This document shows, piece after piece, positions 34,168 through 43,281 of a stretch of DNA of 64,000 nt (its first letter is position 1; the number at the start of each line of letters is the position of its first letter). The position numbers were made by a program, and so were the translations under genes. Origin of the DNA: an uncultured Actinomycetes bacterium (GTDB lineage Bacteria; Actinomycetota; UBA4738; HRBIN12); the NCBI GenBank assembly GCA_963704725.1, contig OY969934.1, forward strand, positions 2,592,001-2,656,000. The letters are read 5' to 3'. Under the pieces are notes generated by a model. That model was not told the origin of the DNA, did not search any database, and saw only the letters and a program-made list of their open reading frames with translations.

Positions 34168-35265
34168 CTACGGCTTGACGATGACGCGGGTCCCGATGGG
34201 GACGTGGGGATACAGCGCCTCGGAGTCCTGGACGTGCATCCGGATGCAGCCGTGCGAGGCCGCGGTCCCGATCGAGGAGTCGTCCCAGGTCCCGTGGATG
34301 CGGATCCCGGGCGCGTTCAGGTACATGGCCCGCGTCCCCAGTGGGTTGCCCGGTCCGGGCCCGATCGAGGCGGGCAAGCCCGCACCCCAAGTGTCGAGGG
34401 CGGGGTTGTACCAGGTGGGGTTCTCCACCTTGTTCACGATCTCGAACGTCCCGACGGGGGTGGGGTACTGCGGGGTGCCGGTGGCCACCCGGTACTGACG
34501 CTTCACCTTGAGGCCGTCGTAGAGCTGCAGCGTGTTGTCGGAGATGTCCACCACGATGGACTTGCCCAGGGATGCCGTCGTCACCTCGGGCGCCAAAGCC
34601 CGGGTCGGAACGTCCACGGTGTCCCCCTGGTGGGCAAGCGCCCGCATGATGACCTGCACGGCGACGCCGGACTTGAGCTCGACCCCCGTCTGCGACCGCC
34701 GGGTGACCAGCTCGCCGTCCTCGAGCACGAACCGCGCGTCCACGGGCTCGACCGCGACCTCCGTGGCCGCCTGCCGGACGAACGCGTCGACCGCCGCTTG
34801 GTCGTACGCGAACTCGAGGTCGAAGCTCCGCTCGATGGGCTCGTCGGCGATCCGGTGGTAGACGCGGGAGAACAGCGACAGGTCGTCGGCCAGCGCGAGG
34901 GCCTGGTCGACCGCCGCGTCGACGTCCGCCGACACGCCGAGGTCGGCCGCGGTGAGCTCCCACGACCGGTCTCCGGCGTGCACCGTCACCGAGCCGGATA
35001 GGCGCAGATCGGCCTGCTCCTGGACGCGGCGCATCGCGGCGTCCCGGGTCAGGTCACCGACGTCCACGCCGGCCACCGAGACCCCGGGCAGGATCCGGCC
35101 GGAGGCCGACCGGTCGTACCGGTACGCGGCGTAGGCGGTGCCGCCCCCCAGGAGCGCGAACACGCCGAGGCAGACGAGGAGGATCTTCCATCCCCGTCCA
35201 GCCCTGCGCTTGTGTCGTGCGGCCACGTGCTCGTCCCCTCGGTCGGGTCCTCGGCGAACCTCCAT
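34168..35265 (-). CDS. L,D-transpeptidase with peptidoglycan-binding region
   Basis: N-terminal TM; GPGNPLGTR, IRIHGT...ASHGCIRM (YkuD). Confidence 0.92.
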   Translation of the reverse strand: MEVRRGPDRGDEHVAARHKRRAGRGWKILLVCLGVFALLGGGTAYAAYRYDRSASGRILPGVSVAGVDVGDLTRDAAMRRVQEQADLRLSGSVTVHAGDRSWELTAADLGVSADVDAAVDQALALADDLSLFSRVYHRIADEPIERSFDLEFAYDQAAVDAFVRQAATEVAVEPVDARFVLEDGELVTRRSQTGVELKSGVAVQVIMRALAHQGDTVDVPTRALAPEVTTASLGKSIVVDISDNTLQLYDGLKVKRQYRVATGTPQYPTPVGTFEIVNKVENPTWYNPALDTWGAGLPASIGPGPGNPLGTRAMYLNAPGIRIHGTWDDSSIGTAASHGCIRMHVQDSEALYPHVPIGTRVIVKP

Positions 35266-35288
35266 GATAGGAGAGCCGAGCGATTCGT

Positions 35289-36659
35289 CTACGCCGGCAG
35301 CCAATCGTCGGGGATCGGGATCCCCAGGGCGACGGCGTAGGAAGCGAAACCCTCTCGCCCGAGGGAGTAGGACGCCGCCGCAGGCACGAAGGTTCCCGAG
35401 CTGGCGACGGCGATCACCGCTCCCTGCGGGGCGGCCTGCACGAACTCCGCCGGCGCCGTGGCCGTGCGGCCGGCGGGCACGGAGATCGAGACCTCCGGGC
35501 CGGCGGCGCCCAGGTACGTGAGCGTGACCTCCGCCGCCTCGGATCCGGGATTGGAGAGCACGAGCCCCGGGTGCGACGGCGCGCCGGCCACCGCGGGCAG
35601 GACCAGCCAGGCCGTCCCAGGCGCGGCGCCGTTCGAGGCCGCTTGGTCCGAGGTCTGGCCGAACGTCCGACGGGAGGCCGCGAGCCCGGGCGCGTCCGCC
35701 AAGAGCGAGATCGACGTGGGCCCGGACGTCGTCGAGGTGAACGTCCGTCCGGATTCGGGAGGCGGCGGCGAGTCGTCGACGCCGGCGAAGGGCCGGGCGG
35801 CCTCCTTCTCCTGCAGCTCCGCGCCGAGCGCGATGCGCTCGAGCCCGGTGTTCATGACCACGAGGTCCGTGCGGCCGGCGTCGGCGCCGCCGGGGAACGC
35901 GAGGCGTTCGGGAGGGGTGCCCAGATACCCGATCGCCGAGCGGATCCCCCCCGTCGTCGTCACGCCGAGCGTCGCGGCGGCGACCCGGCCGACCGACGCC
36001 TCGACGAGCGCCGAGACGGTTCGCTCTCCCTTCACCACGTTGAGTCGGACCACCCGGCTCCGGTAGGCCCCGATCTCCATGTCGGTGAGCCGGCCGTAGA
36101 TCACCGGTTCGTTGCGTTCGGAGTACAGGACGACCGACACGACGGCGGAGCGCGCGAAGGGGTTCATCACCACCACCGAGTCCTCGTCGGCGTCCGTCTC
36201 GGTCGTGCCGTCGGGCAGGAGCCAGCGGGTCCCGGCCGCCGGCGCGCAGGGCTCCGCCGCGACGCCGCCCTCGCCGCCGCCGGCGTGCGCGACCCATCCC
36301 ACGGCCACCCACTGGTCGAACCACTCGACCATCGACGCGCGTTCGCGCCCCTCGGCGGGCACCGGCACGCGCAGGAGGGAGCGCGGCTCGACGGTCATCG
36401 TCTGCGGCGCGGTCGGTCGCGTCGCGCCGAGCGTGCGAACGCGGATCGTCGCCGGCCGGTCCCCCGGGTTCGCCACCTGGAGGACCACCTCCCAGTCCGA
36501 CGCGCCGCCGCCGTGTGGGCAGAACCACTCGCCGGAGGCGGCCGCTGAGGGTGCGGCCGTGCCGGGGGCTCGCGGCCCGAGCTCGCGGTCGGCGTAGGCG
36601 GCGCCGCCGACGAGCAGCGCGAGGATGACGATCGCGGTGAGCACCTGGAGGCGCCTCAT
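35289..36659 (-). CDS. DUF5719-like secreted protein
   Basis: Signal/TM, WFCP, repeated 'NP' beta-sandwich motifs; coupled to the upstream GT2. Confidence 0.65.
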   Translation of the reverse strand: MRRLQVLTAIVILALLVGGAAYADRELGPRAPGTAAPSAAASGEWFCPHGGGASDWEVVLQVANPGDRPATIRVRTLGATRPTAPQTMTVEPRSLLRVPVPAEGRERASMVEWFDQWVAVGWVAHAGGGEGGVAAEPCAPAAGTRWLLPDGTTETDADEDSVVVMNPFARSAVVSVVLYSERNEPVIYGRLTDMEIGAYRSRVVRLNVVKGERTVSALVEASVGRVAAATLGVTTTGGIRSAIGYLGTPPERLAFPGGADAGRTDLVVMNTGLERIALGAELQEKEAARPFAGVDDSPPPPESGRTFTSTTSGPTSISLLADAPGLAASRRTFGQTSDQAASNGAAPGTAWLVLPAVAGAPSHPGLVLSNPGSEAAEVTLTYLGAAGPEVSISVPAGRTATAPAEFVQAAPQGAVIAVASSGTFVPAAASYSLGREGFASYAVALGIPIPDDWLPA

Positions 36660-39600
36660 GCCGAACCGGGCTTCCTCGTGATCCACAGCGCGGCGATCCA
36701 CAGCACGCCCAGCACCGACATCTCGAGCGTGCGGACCCACTGCGCCGCATAGAAGAAGGAGACCTCGCCCGGCTCGAGCGCGGCCGAGACCGCCCAGCCG
36801 AACCCCCGGCGGGGCGCGACCTGCCGGTCCCCGTCGCGCACCCGCCAGCCCGGGTCGAACTGATCGGCCGCGACGATCTCGGCCGGGGCGACGACCGAGA
36901 CTCGCTCGCCCGCATCGGGCGGGGCGATGCGTTCGACGGCCACCACGGGCCGGGCGCCGATCGCCGCCGGGTCGGTCGTCTCGGTGCTCGAGGTCCACGC
37001 CGGGTCCGTCGCCACGAACGCCGTGGGCAGCTCGGCCGCGTTCCGGTAGATCGTGAGCCCGCCGGCGGGGACGCGGTCCAGGTCCGCCTGCGCATCGAGC
37101 CGCGACTGGACGGGCCCCGGCAGGTCGCCGGCCTCCGCCACCACGAAGCGGACGCCGAGCGAGCCGAGCATCGATCCGGCGTGGGCGGTCTGGCCGGCCA
37201 CGAGCTCCTCCAGGGCGTCGTTGGCCAGGTCGTAGCCGGGACCGTAGGCGGGCCGTCCGGTGTCGAGCGCGGTGATGCCGTGCCGGTCGGTGAGGGCGAA
37301 GCGCACGCTCGCGTCGCCGGCCTCCACGATGCCAAGGGGGTCGCCCCCCGGGGCGGGGAACCGGCTCCCCGTTGGATCGCCGATCCACAGGATCCGGAAG
37401 TCGCCCGGGGCGGTCGAGTCGATGACCGGCCACGCGGGAGGGAGACCGTTCGGATGGACCTCCCATTCGGCCAACGTCACCTGAAGGGCCTGCGCGCCGA
37501 TCCCCGTGAAGAGCACGACGGCGAGCAGGGCCGACCCGAGCTGTCGCGCTCCGAAGGACTGCTGCTCGAGCCCGGTGACCAGACCCGGCGCCCCGTATGC
37601 GACGAGCGCCGCCTCGGCGAAGGCCGCCGTCACCAGGTAGACGGGGGCGTTCGACAGGAAGTCCGGGAGGTAGCCGGCTGCGGAGAGCCACCCGAGCGTG
37701 GTAGCGGCCACCGCCACCGACATGGCCCGCCAGGCCCGGCCCCGGTGCGCCCGCTCGACGGCGGCGAAGCAGATCAGGGCGGAGAGAGGAAGGAACGCCG
37801 CCAGCGCCCAGGAGCCCGGGCCGTGCCCCGGGGCGAGGCGAAGGACCGACCACGGATCGTCCGTGCCCACGACGGAGCCGAGCGACGCCCCCGGATCCGA
37901 AAGGAGATCGCCCACGACGGGGAAGACGAGCAGCGCCGCCGAGACCGCGCCCAGCACGGTTAGGCCAACCCCCCGGTCGCGCCGGCGAGCGCCGAGCACG
38001 TGGGCCGCCCCGAACAACCCGACGCCGAGCAGGAGGCCCGGCTCGAACGCGGCGCCGACCGCCACCGCGACGCCGAGGCTCACCCCGAAGCGGATCGCGT
38101 GTTCGGGCCGCCGGCGACCGAAGGCGCCGTCGAGCCGGTCCCACACCACGGGGAGCGCGGCCAGGGCCACGAGCAGGTCGATCCGCCCTTCCGAGAACGC
38201 CCACAGGGCGGCGCCCGACAGGATGTACGCGGCCGCGGCGACCACGGCGCTGGCGGGCCTGCCGGTCTGACGGACGAAGGCGCGGTACGCGAGGATCGCG
38301 GCCAGGGGCGGGAGCGCCCCGAGCACGATCTTGATCGCGAGGGCCGTGTTCCCAGCCGAGAGCCACGATACGGCGCCGAGCACGGCCAGGGACGGGCTGG
38401 CCGGCTGAGCTCCGCCCAGGACCGTGGTTCGCACACCCGACAGCAGCTCGTGGAAGAAGTCCCGCGTGGCGGGCGGAAACGCGGCGAGCGCGCCCCCGGC
38501 GAGCGTCTCGGGCCCGACGAAGTGACGCACCGCGAGGGCGCCGAGGACGATCCCCACCGTCGAGGCGATCAGGACGGGGTGGCCGATGGCTACCGAGGCG
38601 GCCCGCCGCGAGAGCTGCCGGCCCGCCTCGGGCTCCTCGTCGAGCGCGCCCTCGAACCCCTCCTCCAGGAACTCCTCGGCGCGCTCGAACCATCGCGGGA
38701 GGCGGAACGTGGAGGCCATGAACCGCCGGACCGTCCCATCGCGCACCGATCGGACGGACTGGGCCCGTACGCGCCGGCGGATCGTCCCGGGGAGGTGCAC
38801 GAGGTTCCACCCCCAGCCGGCCAGCAGGTCGAACGCGTCCTCGAACCGCCGGGACACGGCGAGGAACGCCAGTCGCGCTACGCCCAGCACGGCGTACACC
38901 GGGAGGAGCCAGATCAGCGTGAACAGGCCGTAGTCCTTGAGCATGGAGGCGAGGCCCGCCCGCTCGGCGTAGTAGCGCGTGCTGCGCCGGCGATGCTCCA
39001 CGGGGCGCTCGCCGCGCGCCGTGGCCTCGCGGTGGCGCGCCACGGCGAGCGGCGTCATCAGCACGCGAAAGCCGGCCAGCCGGGCCCGCCAGCAGAAGTC
39101 CAGGTCGTCGTGGTGGCCGGCGTATCGCTCGTCGAATGGGCCGGTGCGCTGCCAGGCCTCCCGCGAGACCAGCATCGCGCAGCTCGACACGAACAGGACC
39201 TCCAGGACCCGGTCGTACTGCCCCTGGTCGCGCTCGCCCTCCTGCAGCGGCGTGTAGGGGTGGCCGAACCGGTCGGTGGAACGCCCAACCTCGCGGAGCA
39301 GTCGGGGGTCCTCCCAGTCCACGACCTTGGGTCCGACGATGCCGACCTGCTCCACGCCGGCGATCCCCTCCGCGGCCTCCACCATCCTGGCCACGGCGTC
39401 CGGCGCGAGCGCGGTGTCGTCGTGCAGGATCAGCAGGTAGTCCGCGGCGCGCGCGGCCGAGAGCTCGCTCGCCGCGCGCATCGCTCCGGCCAGGCCGCCG
39501 TTCTCCTCCAGCCGGATGACGCGTCGCTCGCCGAGAGCCTGCTCCAGGAGCTCGCGCGTCCCGTCGGTCGACGCGTTGTCGACGGCGACCACACCGAGAC

Positions 39601-39739
39601 GCGAGTGCGATTGGTTCGCGAGCGACTGCAGGCAGCCACGCAGCCATCCGGAAGCGTCCCGCGCGACGAGCACGACGAGGACGCTCGGGTTCCGGACGGC
39701 GTCGCTGGCGGCGGGTCGTTCTGCGTGCGTCGTGGCCAT
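36656..39739 (-). CDS. Large membrane glycosyltransferase family 2
   Basis: VDNASTDGT, ILHDD, DDLDFCWRA, followed by many TMs. Confidence 0.9.
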   Translation of the reverse strand: MATTHAERPAASDAVRNPSVLVVLVARDASGWLRGCLQSLANQSHSRLGVVAVDNASTDGTRELLEQALGERRVIRLEENGGLAGAMRAASELSAARAADYLLILHDDTALAPDAVARMVEAAEGIAGVEQVGIVGPKVVDWEDPRLLREVGRSTDRFGHPYTPLQEGERDQGQYDRVLEVLFVSSCAMLVSREAWQRTGPFDERYAGHHDDLDFCWRARLAGFRVLMTPLAVARHREATARGERPVEHRRRSTRYYAERAGLASMLKDYGLFTLIWLLPVYAVLGVARLAFLAVSRRFEDAFDLLAGWGWNLVHLPGTIRRRVRAQSVRSVRDGTVRRFMASTFRLPRWFERAEEFLEEGFEGALDEEPEAGRQLSRRAASVAIGHPVLIASTVGIVLGALAVRHFVGPETLAGGALAAFPPATRDFFHELLSGVRTTVLGGAQPASPSLAVLGAVSWLSAGNTALAIKIVLGALPPLAAILAYRAFVRQTGRPASAVVAAAAYILSGAALWAFSEGRIDLLVALAALPVVWDRLDGAFGRRRPEHAIRFGVSLGVAVAVGAAFEPGLLLGVGLFGAAHVLGARRRDRGVGLTVLGAVSAALLVFPVVGDLLSDPGASLGSVVGTDDPWSVLRLAPGHGPGSWALAAFLPLSALICFAAVERAHRGRAWRAMSVAVAATTLGWLSAAGYLPDFLSNAPVYLVTAAFAEAALVAYGAPGLVTGLEQQSFGARQLGSALLAVVLFTGIGAQALQVTLAEWEVHPNGLPPAWPVIDSTAPGDFRILWIGDPTGSRFPAPGGDPLGIVEAGDASVRFALTDRHGITALDTGRPAYGPGYDLANDALEELVAGQTAHAGSMLGSLGVRFVVAEAGDLPGPVQSRLDAQADLDRVPAGGLTIYRNAAELPTAFVATDPAWTSSTETTDPAAIGARPVVAVERIAPPDAGERVSVVAPAEIVAADQFDPGWRVRDGDRQVAPRRGFGWAVSAALEPGEVSFFYAAQWVRTLEMSVLGVLWIAALWITRKPGSA

Positions 39740-39793
39740 GAGGGTGCGCGAGAGCGCGGCGGCGAGCCTAGCACGCGCCCGTGGCGGAAACGG

Positions 39794-39820
39794 GGAAGGG
39801 GGGCTGCGCGCCCCCCTTCC
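39794..39820 (-). terminator. Hairpin downstream of the histone-like gene
   Basis: GGAAGGGGGGC-TGCGC-GCCCCCCTTCC, 11-bp stem. Confidence 0.65.
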
Positions 39821-39844
39821 GAACCGTCGTTCGTGCGAGCAGGC

Positions 39845-40201
39845 CTACCGCTTGGCGGCGGTCCGCTTGCGGGCCGCCGGCTTGCGCGCGGAGGTCCGCT
39901 TCTTGGCGGTCGACTTGCGCGCCGCGGGCTTGCGCGCCGCGGGCTTGCGTGCCGCCGGCTTCCGCGTGGTCCGCTTCTTGGCGGTCGACTTGCGGGCCGC
40001 GGGCTTGCGGGCCGCCGGCTTCCGCGCGGCGGTCTTCCGCTTCGCGGTCGTCTTCTTCTTGGCGGTCGACTTCCTCGCGGTCGTCTTGCGAGCCGCCGGC
40101 TTCCGCGCGGCGGTCTTCCGCTTCGCGGTCGTCTTCTTGGCCGCCGGCTTCCGGGCGGCAGTCTTCCGCTTCGCTGTCGACTTCTTCCTCGCTGGGGACA
40201 T
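39845..40201 (-). CDS. Histone H1-like basic repeat protein
   Basis: 118 aa composed only of M,S,P,A,R,K,T; RKPAA/RKTAA/RKSTA/KKTTA pentapeptide repeats; RBS GAAGGGGG; terminator follows. Confidence 0.8.
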   Translation of the reverse strand: MSPARKKSTAKRKTAARKPAAKKTTAKRKTAARKPAARKTTARKSTAKKKTTAKRKTAARKPAARKPAARKSTAKKRTTRKPAARKPAARKPAARKSTAKKRTSARKPAARKRTAAKR

Positions 40202-40223
40202 CGGTCACCCCCTTCCCATCCGC

Positions 40224-40451
40224 TCAGGACGCCATGCGCTTCAGGCGTCTCCGTTCCCGTTCGCTCATGGCGCCCCACACTCCGTATCGCTCGTCGCGGC
40301 GGAGCGCGTAGTTCAGGCACTCGATGCGAACGGGGCAGTCAGCGCAGATCCGCTTGGCCTCCCTCGATGACCCTCCCTTCTCGGGGAAGAAGACCTCGGG
40401 GTCGTGCTCGCGGCACCGCGCCCGTTCTTGCCACGGGATGTAGTGATGCAC
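40224..40451 (-). CDS. whiB: WhiB family Fe-S transcriptional regulator (WhiB/WhiB2-like)
   Basis: WQERARC..DPEVFFPEKGGSSREAKRICADCPVRIEC..YGVWGAMSERERR. Confidence 0.93.
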   Translation of the reverse strand: MHHYIPWQERARCREHDPEVFFPEKGGSSREAKRICADCPVRIECLNYALRRDERYGVWGAMSERERRRLKRMAS

Positions 40452-40464
40452 CGTCTCTCCCCCC

Positions 40465-40488
40465 CAGAATCACACGCTTGTGATTCTG
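40465..40488. promoter_or_regulatory. Inverted repeat CAGAATCACA-CGCT-TGTGATTCTG next to the whiB RBS
   Basis: Perfect 10-bp arms. Confidence 0.55.
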
Positions 40489-40619
40489 CGGCATCCGTTC
40501 CCTCCTTGACAAGAGGGAAACCCGAGATCCGGAGCACCTCAACATGCGTTCCCCACATGAATGGAATACAGGCGCAACGCGATGTGCAAGGGCTCTCCCC
40601 CAGAAATGTCGCAGTAAAC

Positions 40620-40644
40620 GAGATTGACCAGAATGGTCAATCTC
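40620..40644. promoter_or_regulatory. Inverted repeat GAGATTGACCA-GAA-TGGTCAATCTC
   Basis: Perfect 11-bp arms in the A/T-rich region between fbiC and whiB. Confidence 0.5.
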
Positions 40645-40684
40645 ATTGATGGACTCGCCCTCAGAACGCACCGAGCGGTGCTGT

Positions 40685-43210
40685 TCAGTCGCGCGCGGCA
40701 GCGAACACGGCGCCGTCTGCGCCGATCACGGAGTCCTGTGAACTGTTGCGGTGCAATTCATACGTGGTGGTGCGTTGCACGGGGACCCTGCCGATCGAGC
40801 GGATCGCCTCGTCGAACTCGCGCGCCTCCATGCTGATCCCCCACTCCGCGCCCGCCATCCGGCTGATCGTCTCCTCCATGAGCGTTCCGCCGAAATCGTT
40901 GGCTCCGCCCTGCAGGATGACCTTCGAAGCCTCGACGCCGAGCTTGACCCACGACACCTGAACGTTGTGGATAACTCCGTCGAGCAGCACGCGGGCCACC
41001 GCGTGCATCCGGCGGCTCTCGGCGAACGTCGCCCCCGGCCGGGCCCTGCCGGCGAGGTAGATCGGCGCGTTCTGATGGACGAACGGCAGCGGCACGAACT
41101 CCGTGAACCCCCCCGTGTCCCCTTGGATGCGCGCGATGCGCCGGATGTGGAAAACCCAGTGAGGCGGCGCGTCCACGTGCCCGTACATGATCGTCGACGA
41201 GCTGCGGATGCCCAGGCCGTGGGCGGTGCGGACGATCTCCTCCCACGTGTCCGCGGGCAGCTTGCCCTTCGTCAGGAGCCACCGGACGTCGTCATCCAGG
41301 ATCTCGGCGGCGGTCCCCGGGATCGTTCCCAGCCCGTGACGACGGCACTCCTGGAGGAACTCCGCGAACGAGACGCCGAGCTTGGTCGATCCGTTCAGGA
41401 TCTCCATGGGGCTGAACGCGTGGATGTGGATATCCGGCGCGGCGCCTTTGACCGCGTCCAGGAGGTCGAAGTAGAAGGTCCCGGGCAGGTCCGGGTGGAT
41501 CCCGCCCTGCATGCAGACCTCCGTCGCGCCGACCGCCACGGCCTCCCGCGTCCGCTCCGCGACCTCGTCGAGCGTGAGCGTGTAGCTCTCCGCGTCGACC
41601 TCGCGCTGGGCGAACGCGCAGAAGCGACACCCGACGTAGCAGACGTTCGTGAAGTTGATGTTCCGGTTCACGACGTAGGTGACGGCATCGCCGACGGCCT
41701 CGCGGCGCAGGTCGTCCGCGACCCGGCACAGGTGTTCGAGCGCCGCTCCCTCCGCGCGGAACAGCGCCAGGGCCTCGTCGTCCGAGATCGCCTCGTGGCG
41801 TTCGGCCTTGCGCAGCGCCGTCCGGATCTCGTCGTCGATGCGCTCCGGCGCGACGCGGGCGCTCGACCAGTCGCGGGTTACGTCCACGCCGGCCAGGTCG
41901 CCGTAGACGACCTCCGCGTCCGCACGCAGGCCCGCCGTCGCGCCCTTGGCGAACGTGAGCTCGGTCGACCGCGGCTTCCACTGGACGTCGGGGTCCTGCC
42001 ACGGCACCGGCTCCGCCACCCTCCCCGCGACGGCGAGCCCGTCCTCGCCCATGAGCGCGGCCACCGGCGCTCGCATCTTGCCGGCGAGGAACGGATCCGG
42101 GCGGCGGGCGAAGCCGGGGTGGATCGTCAGCCGCTCCCGGAGCTCGAGGCCGCGCTGGGCCGTGCGTGAGCCGAGCGCCTCGATCGCCGGCCACGGCCGC
42201 TCCGGGTTCACGTGGTCCGGGGTGAGGGGCGAGACCCCGCCCCAGTCGTCGATCCCCGCGTCTAGGAGCCGGAGCTGTCCGGGCGGGTCGGACAGGTTCG
42301 GCGGGGCCTGGACGGTCATCCTCGGCCCGAGCACGATGCGCGCCGTCGCGACGGCCGCCAGGTACAACTCCTCCTCCGGCGGCGGCGTCCGGTGCATCGC
42401 CGTGCCGGCCTTCGGGAGGAAGTTCTGGACGATGACCTCCTGCACGTGCCCGTACCGGCGGTGGACGTCTCGGATCGCGAACAGCGACTCCGCGCGCTCG
42501 CGAGCCGTCTCGCCGATGCCGACGAGGATCCCGGTCGTGAACGGGATGGCCAGCCGCCCCGCGTCCTCGATCGTGCGCAGCCGGACGGCCGGCACCTTGT
42601 CCGGGGAGCCGAAGTGCGGCCCGCCGCGCCGCGAGAGACGATCGGACGACGTCTCGAGCATGAGGCCCATCGACGCGCTCACGTGCTTGAGGCGGGCCAG
42701 GTCCTCGTACGACATGACCCCCGGGTTCAGGTGCGGCAGGAGGCCCGTCTCCTCGATCACGCGGATGGCGACGGCGCGCACGTAATCCAGGGTCGAGGCG
42801 TGGCCACGGGAAGACAGCCACTCCCGCGCCACCTCGTACCGGTCCTCGGGCCGGTCGCCCAGGGTGAACAGTGCCTCCTTGCATCCCATCCGGCGACCGC
42901 CCTCGGCGATCGCGACGGCCTCCTCCGGCGACAGGAACGGGGCGTCGAGCCGGGCGGGGGGCTTCGCGAACGTGCAGTAGTGGCAGTGGTCTCGGCACAG
43001 CATCGTCAGGGGGACGAAGACCTTGCGGGAGTAGGTGACGGTGGTCCCGTGTCCGAGATCGCGGAGCCGCGCGGCCACCGCCATGAGCTCGTCGAGCTGC
43101 TCCCCCCGAGCCTGCAGGAGCGCCCCGGCTTCGTCGACGGACAGCGGCTTCCCGGCCTCCGCGCGAGCGATCGCGCGATGCACGGCGCGAGGGTTCGCGG
43201 GCGCGGCCAT
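40685..43210 (-). CDS. fbiC: FO synthase, fused CofG-CofH
   Basis: Two radical SAM motifs, CRDHCHYC and CYVGCRFC. Confidence 0.95.
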   Translation of the reverse strand: MAAPANPRAVHRAIARAEAGKPLSVDEAGALLQARGEQLDELMAVAARLRDLGHGTTVTYSRKVFVPLTMLCRDHCHYCTFAKPPARLDAPFLSPEEAVAIAEGGRRMGCKEALFTLGDRPEDRYEVAREWLSSRGHASTLDYVRAVAIRVIEETGLLPHLNPGVMSYEDLARLKHVSASMGLMLETSSDRLSRRGGPHFGSPDKVPAVRLRTIEDAGRLAIPFTTGILVGIGETARERAESLFAIRDVHRRYGHVQEVIVQNFLPKAGTAMHRTPPPEEELYLAAVATARIVLGPRMTVQAPPNLSDPPGQLRLLDAGIDDWGGVSPLTPDHVNPERPWPAIEALGSRTAQRGLELRERLTIHPGFARRPDPFLAGKMRAPVAALMGEDGLAVAGRVAEPVPWQDPDVQWKPRSTELTFAKGATAGLRADAEVVYGDLAGVDVTRDWSSARVAPERIDDEIRTALRKAERHEAISDDEALALFRAEGAALEHLCRVADDLRREAVGDAVTYVVNRNINFTNVCYVGCRFCAFAQREVDAESYTLTLDEVAERTREAVAVGATEVCMQGGIHPDLPGTFYFDLLDAVKGAAPDIHIHAFSPMEILNGSTKLGVSFAEFLQECRRHGLGTIPGTAAEILDDDVRWLLTKGKLPADTWEEIVRTAHGLGIRSSSTIMYGHVDAPPHWVFHIRRIARIQGDTGGFTEFVPLPFVHQNAPIYLAGRARPGATFAESRRMHAVARVLLDGVIHNVQVSWVKLGVEASKVILQGGANDFGGTLMEETISRMAGAEWGISMEAREFDEAIRSIGRVPVQRTTTYELHRNSSQDSVIGADGAVFAAARD

Positions 43211-43281
43211 CGGCTCGCGAGCGTATCACCGTACTGTCGTCGCCTTGCGCCCACCCCCGGGTGGACCGCACACTCCGGGCG

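Noticed and set aside
39845-40201. CRISPR array or non-coding tandem repeat
   Set aside because: The repeats are degenerate, in-frame 15-nt units encoding a basic protein, with no spacers or cas genes. No CRISPR array was seen anywhere in the window.
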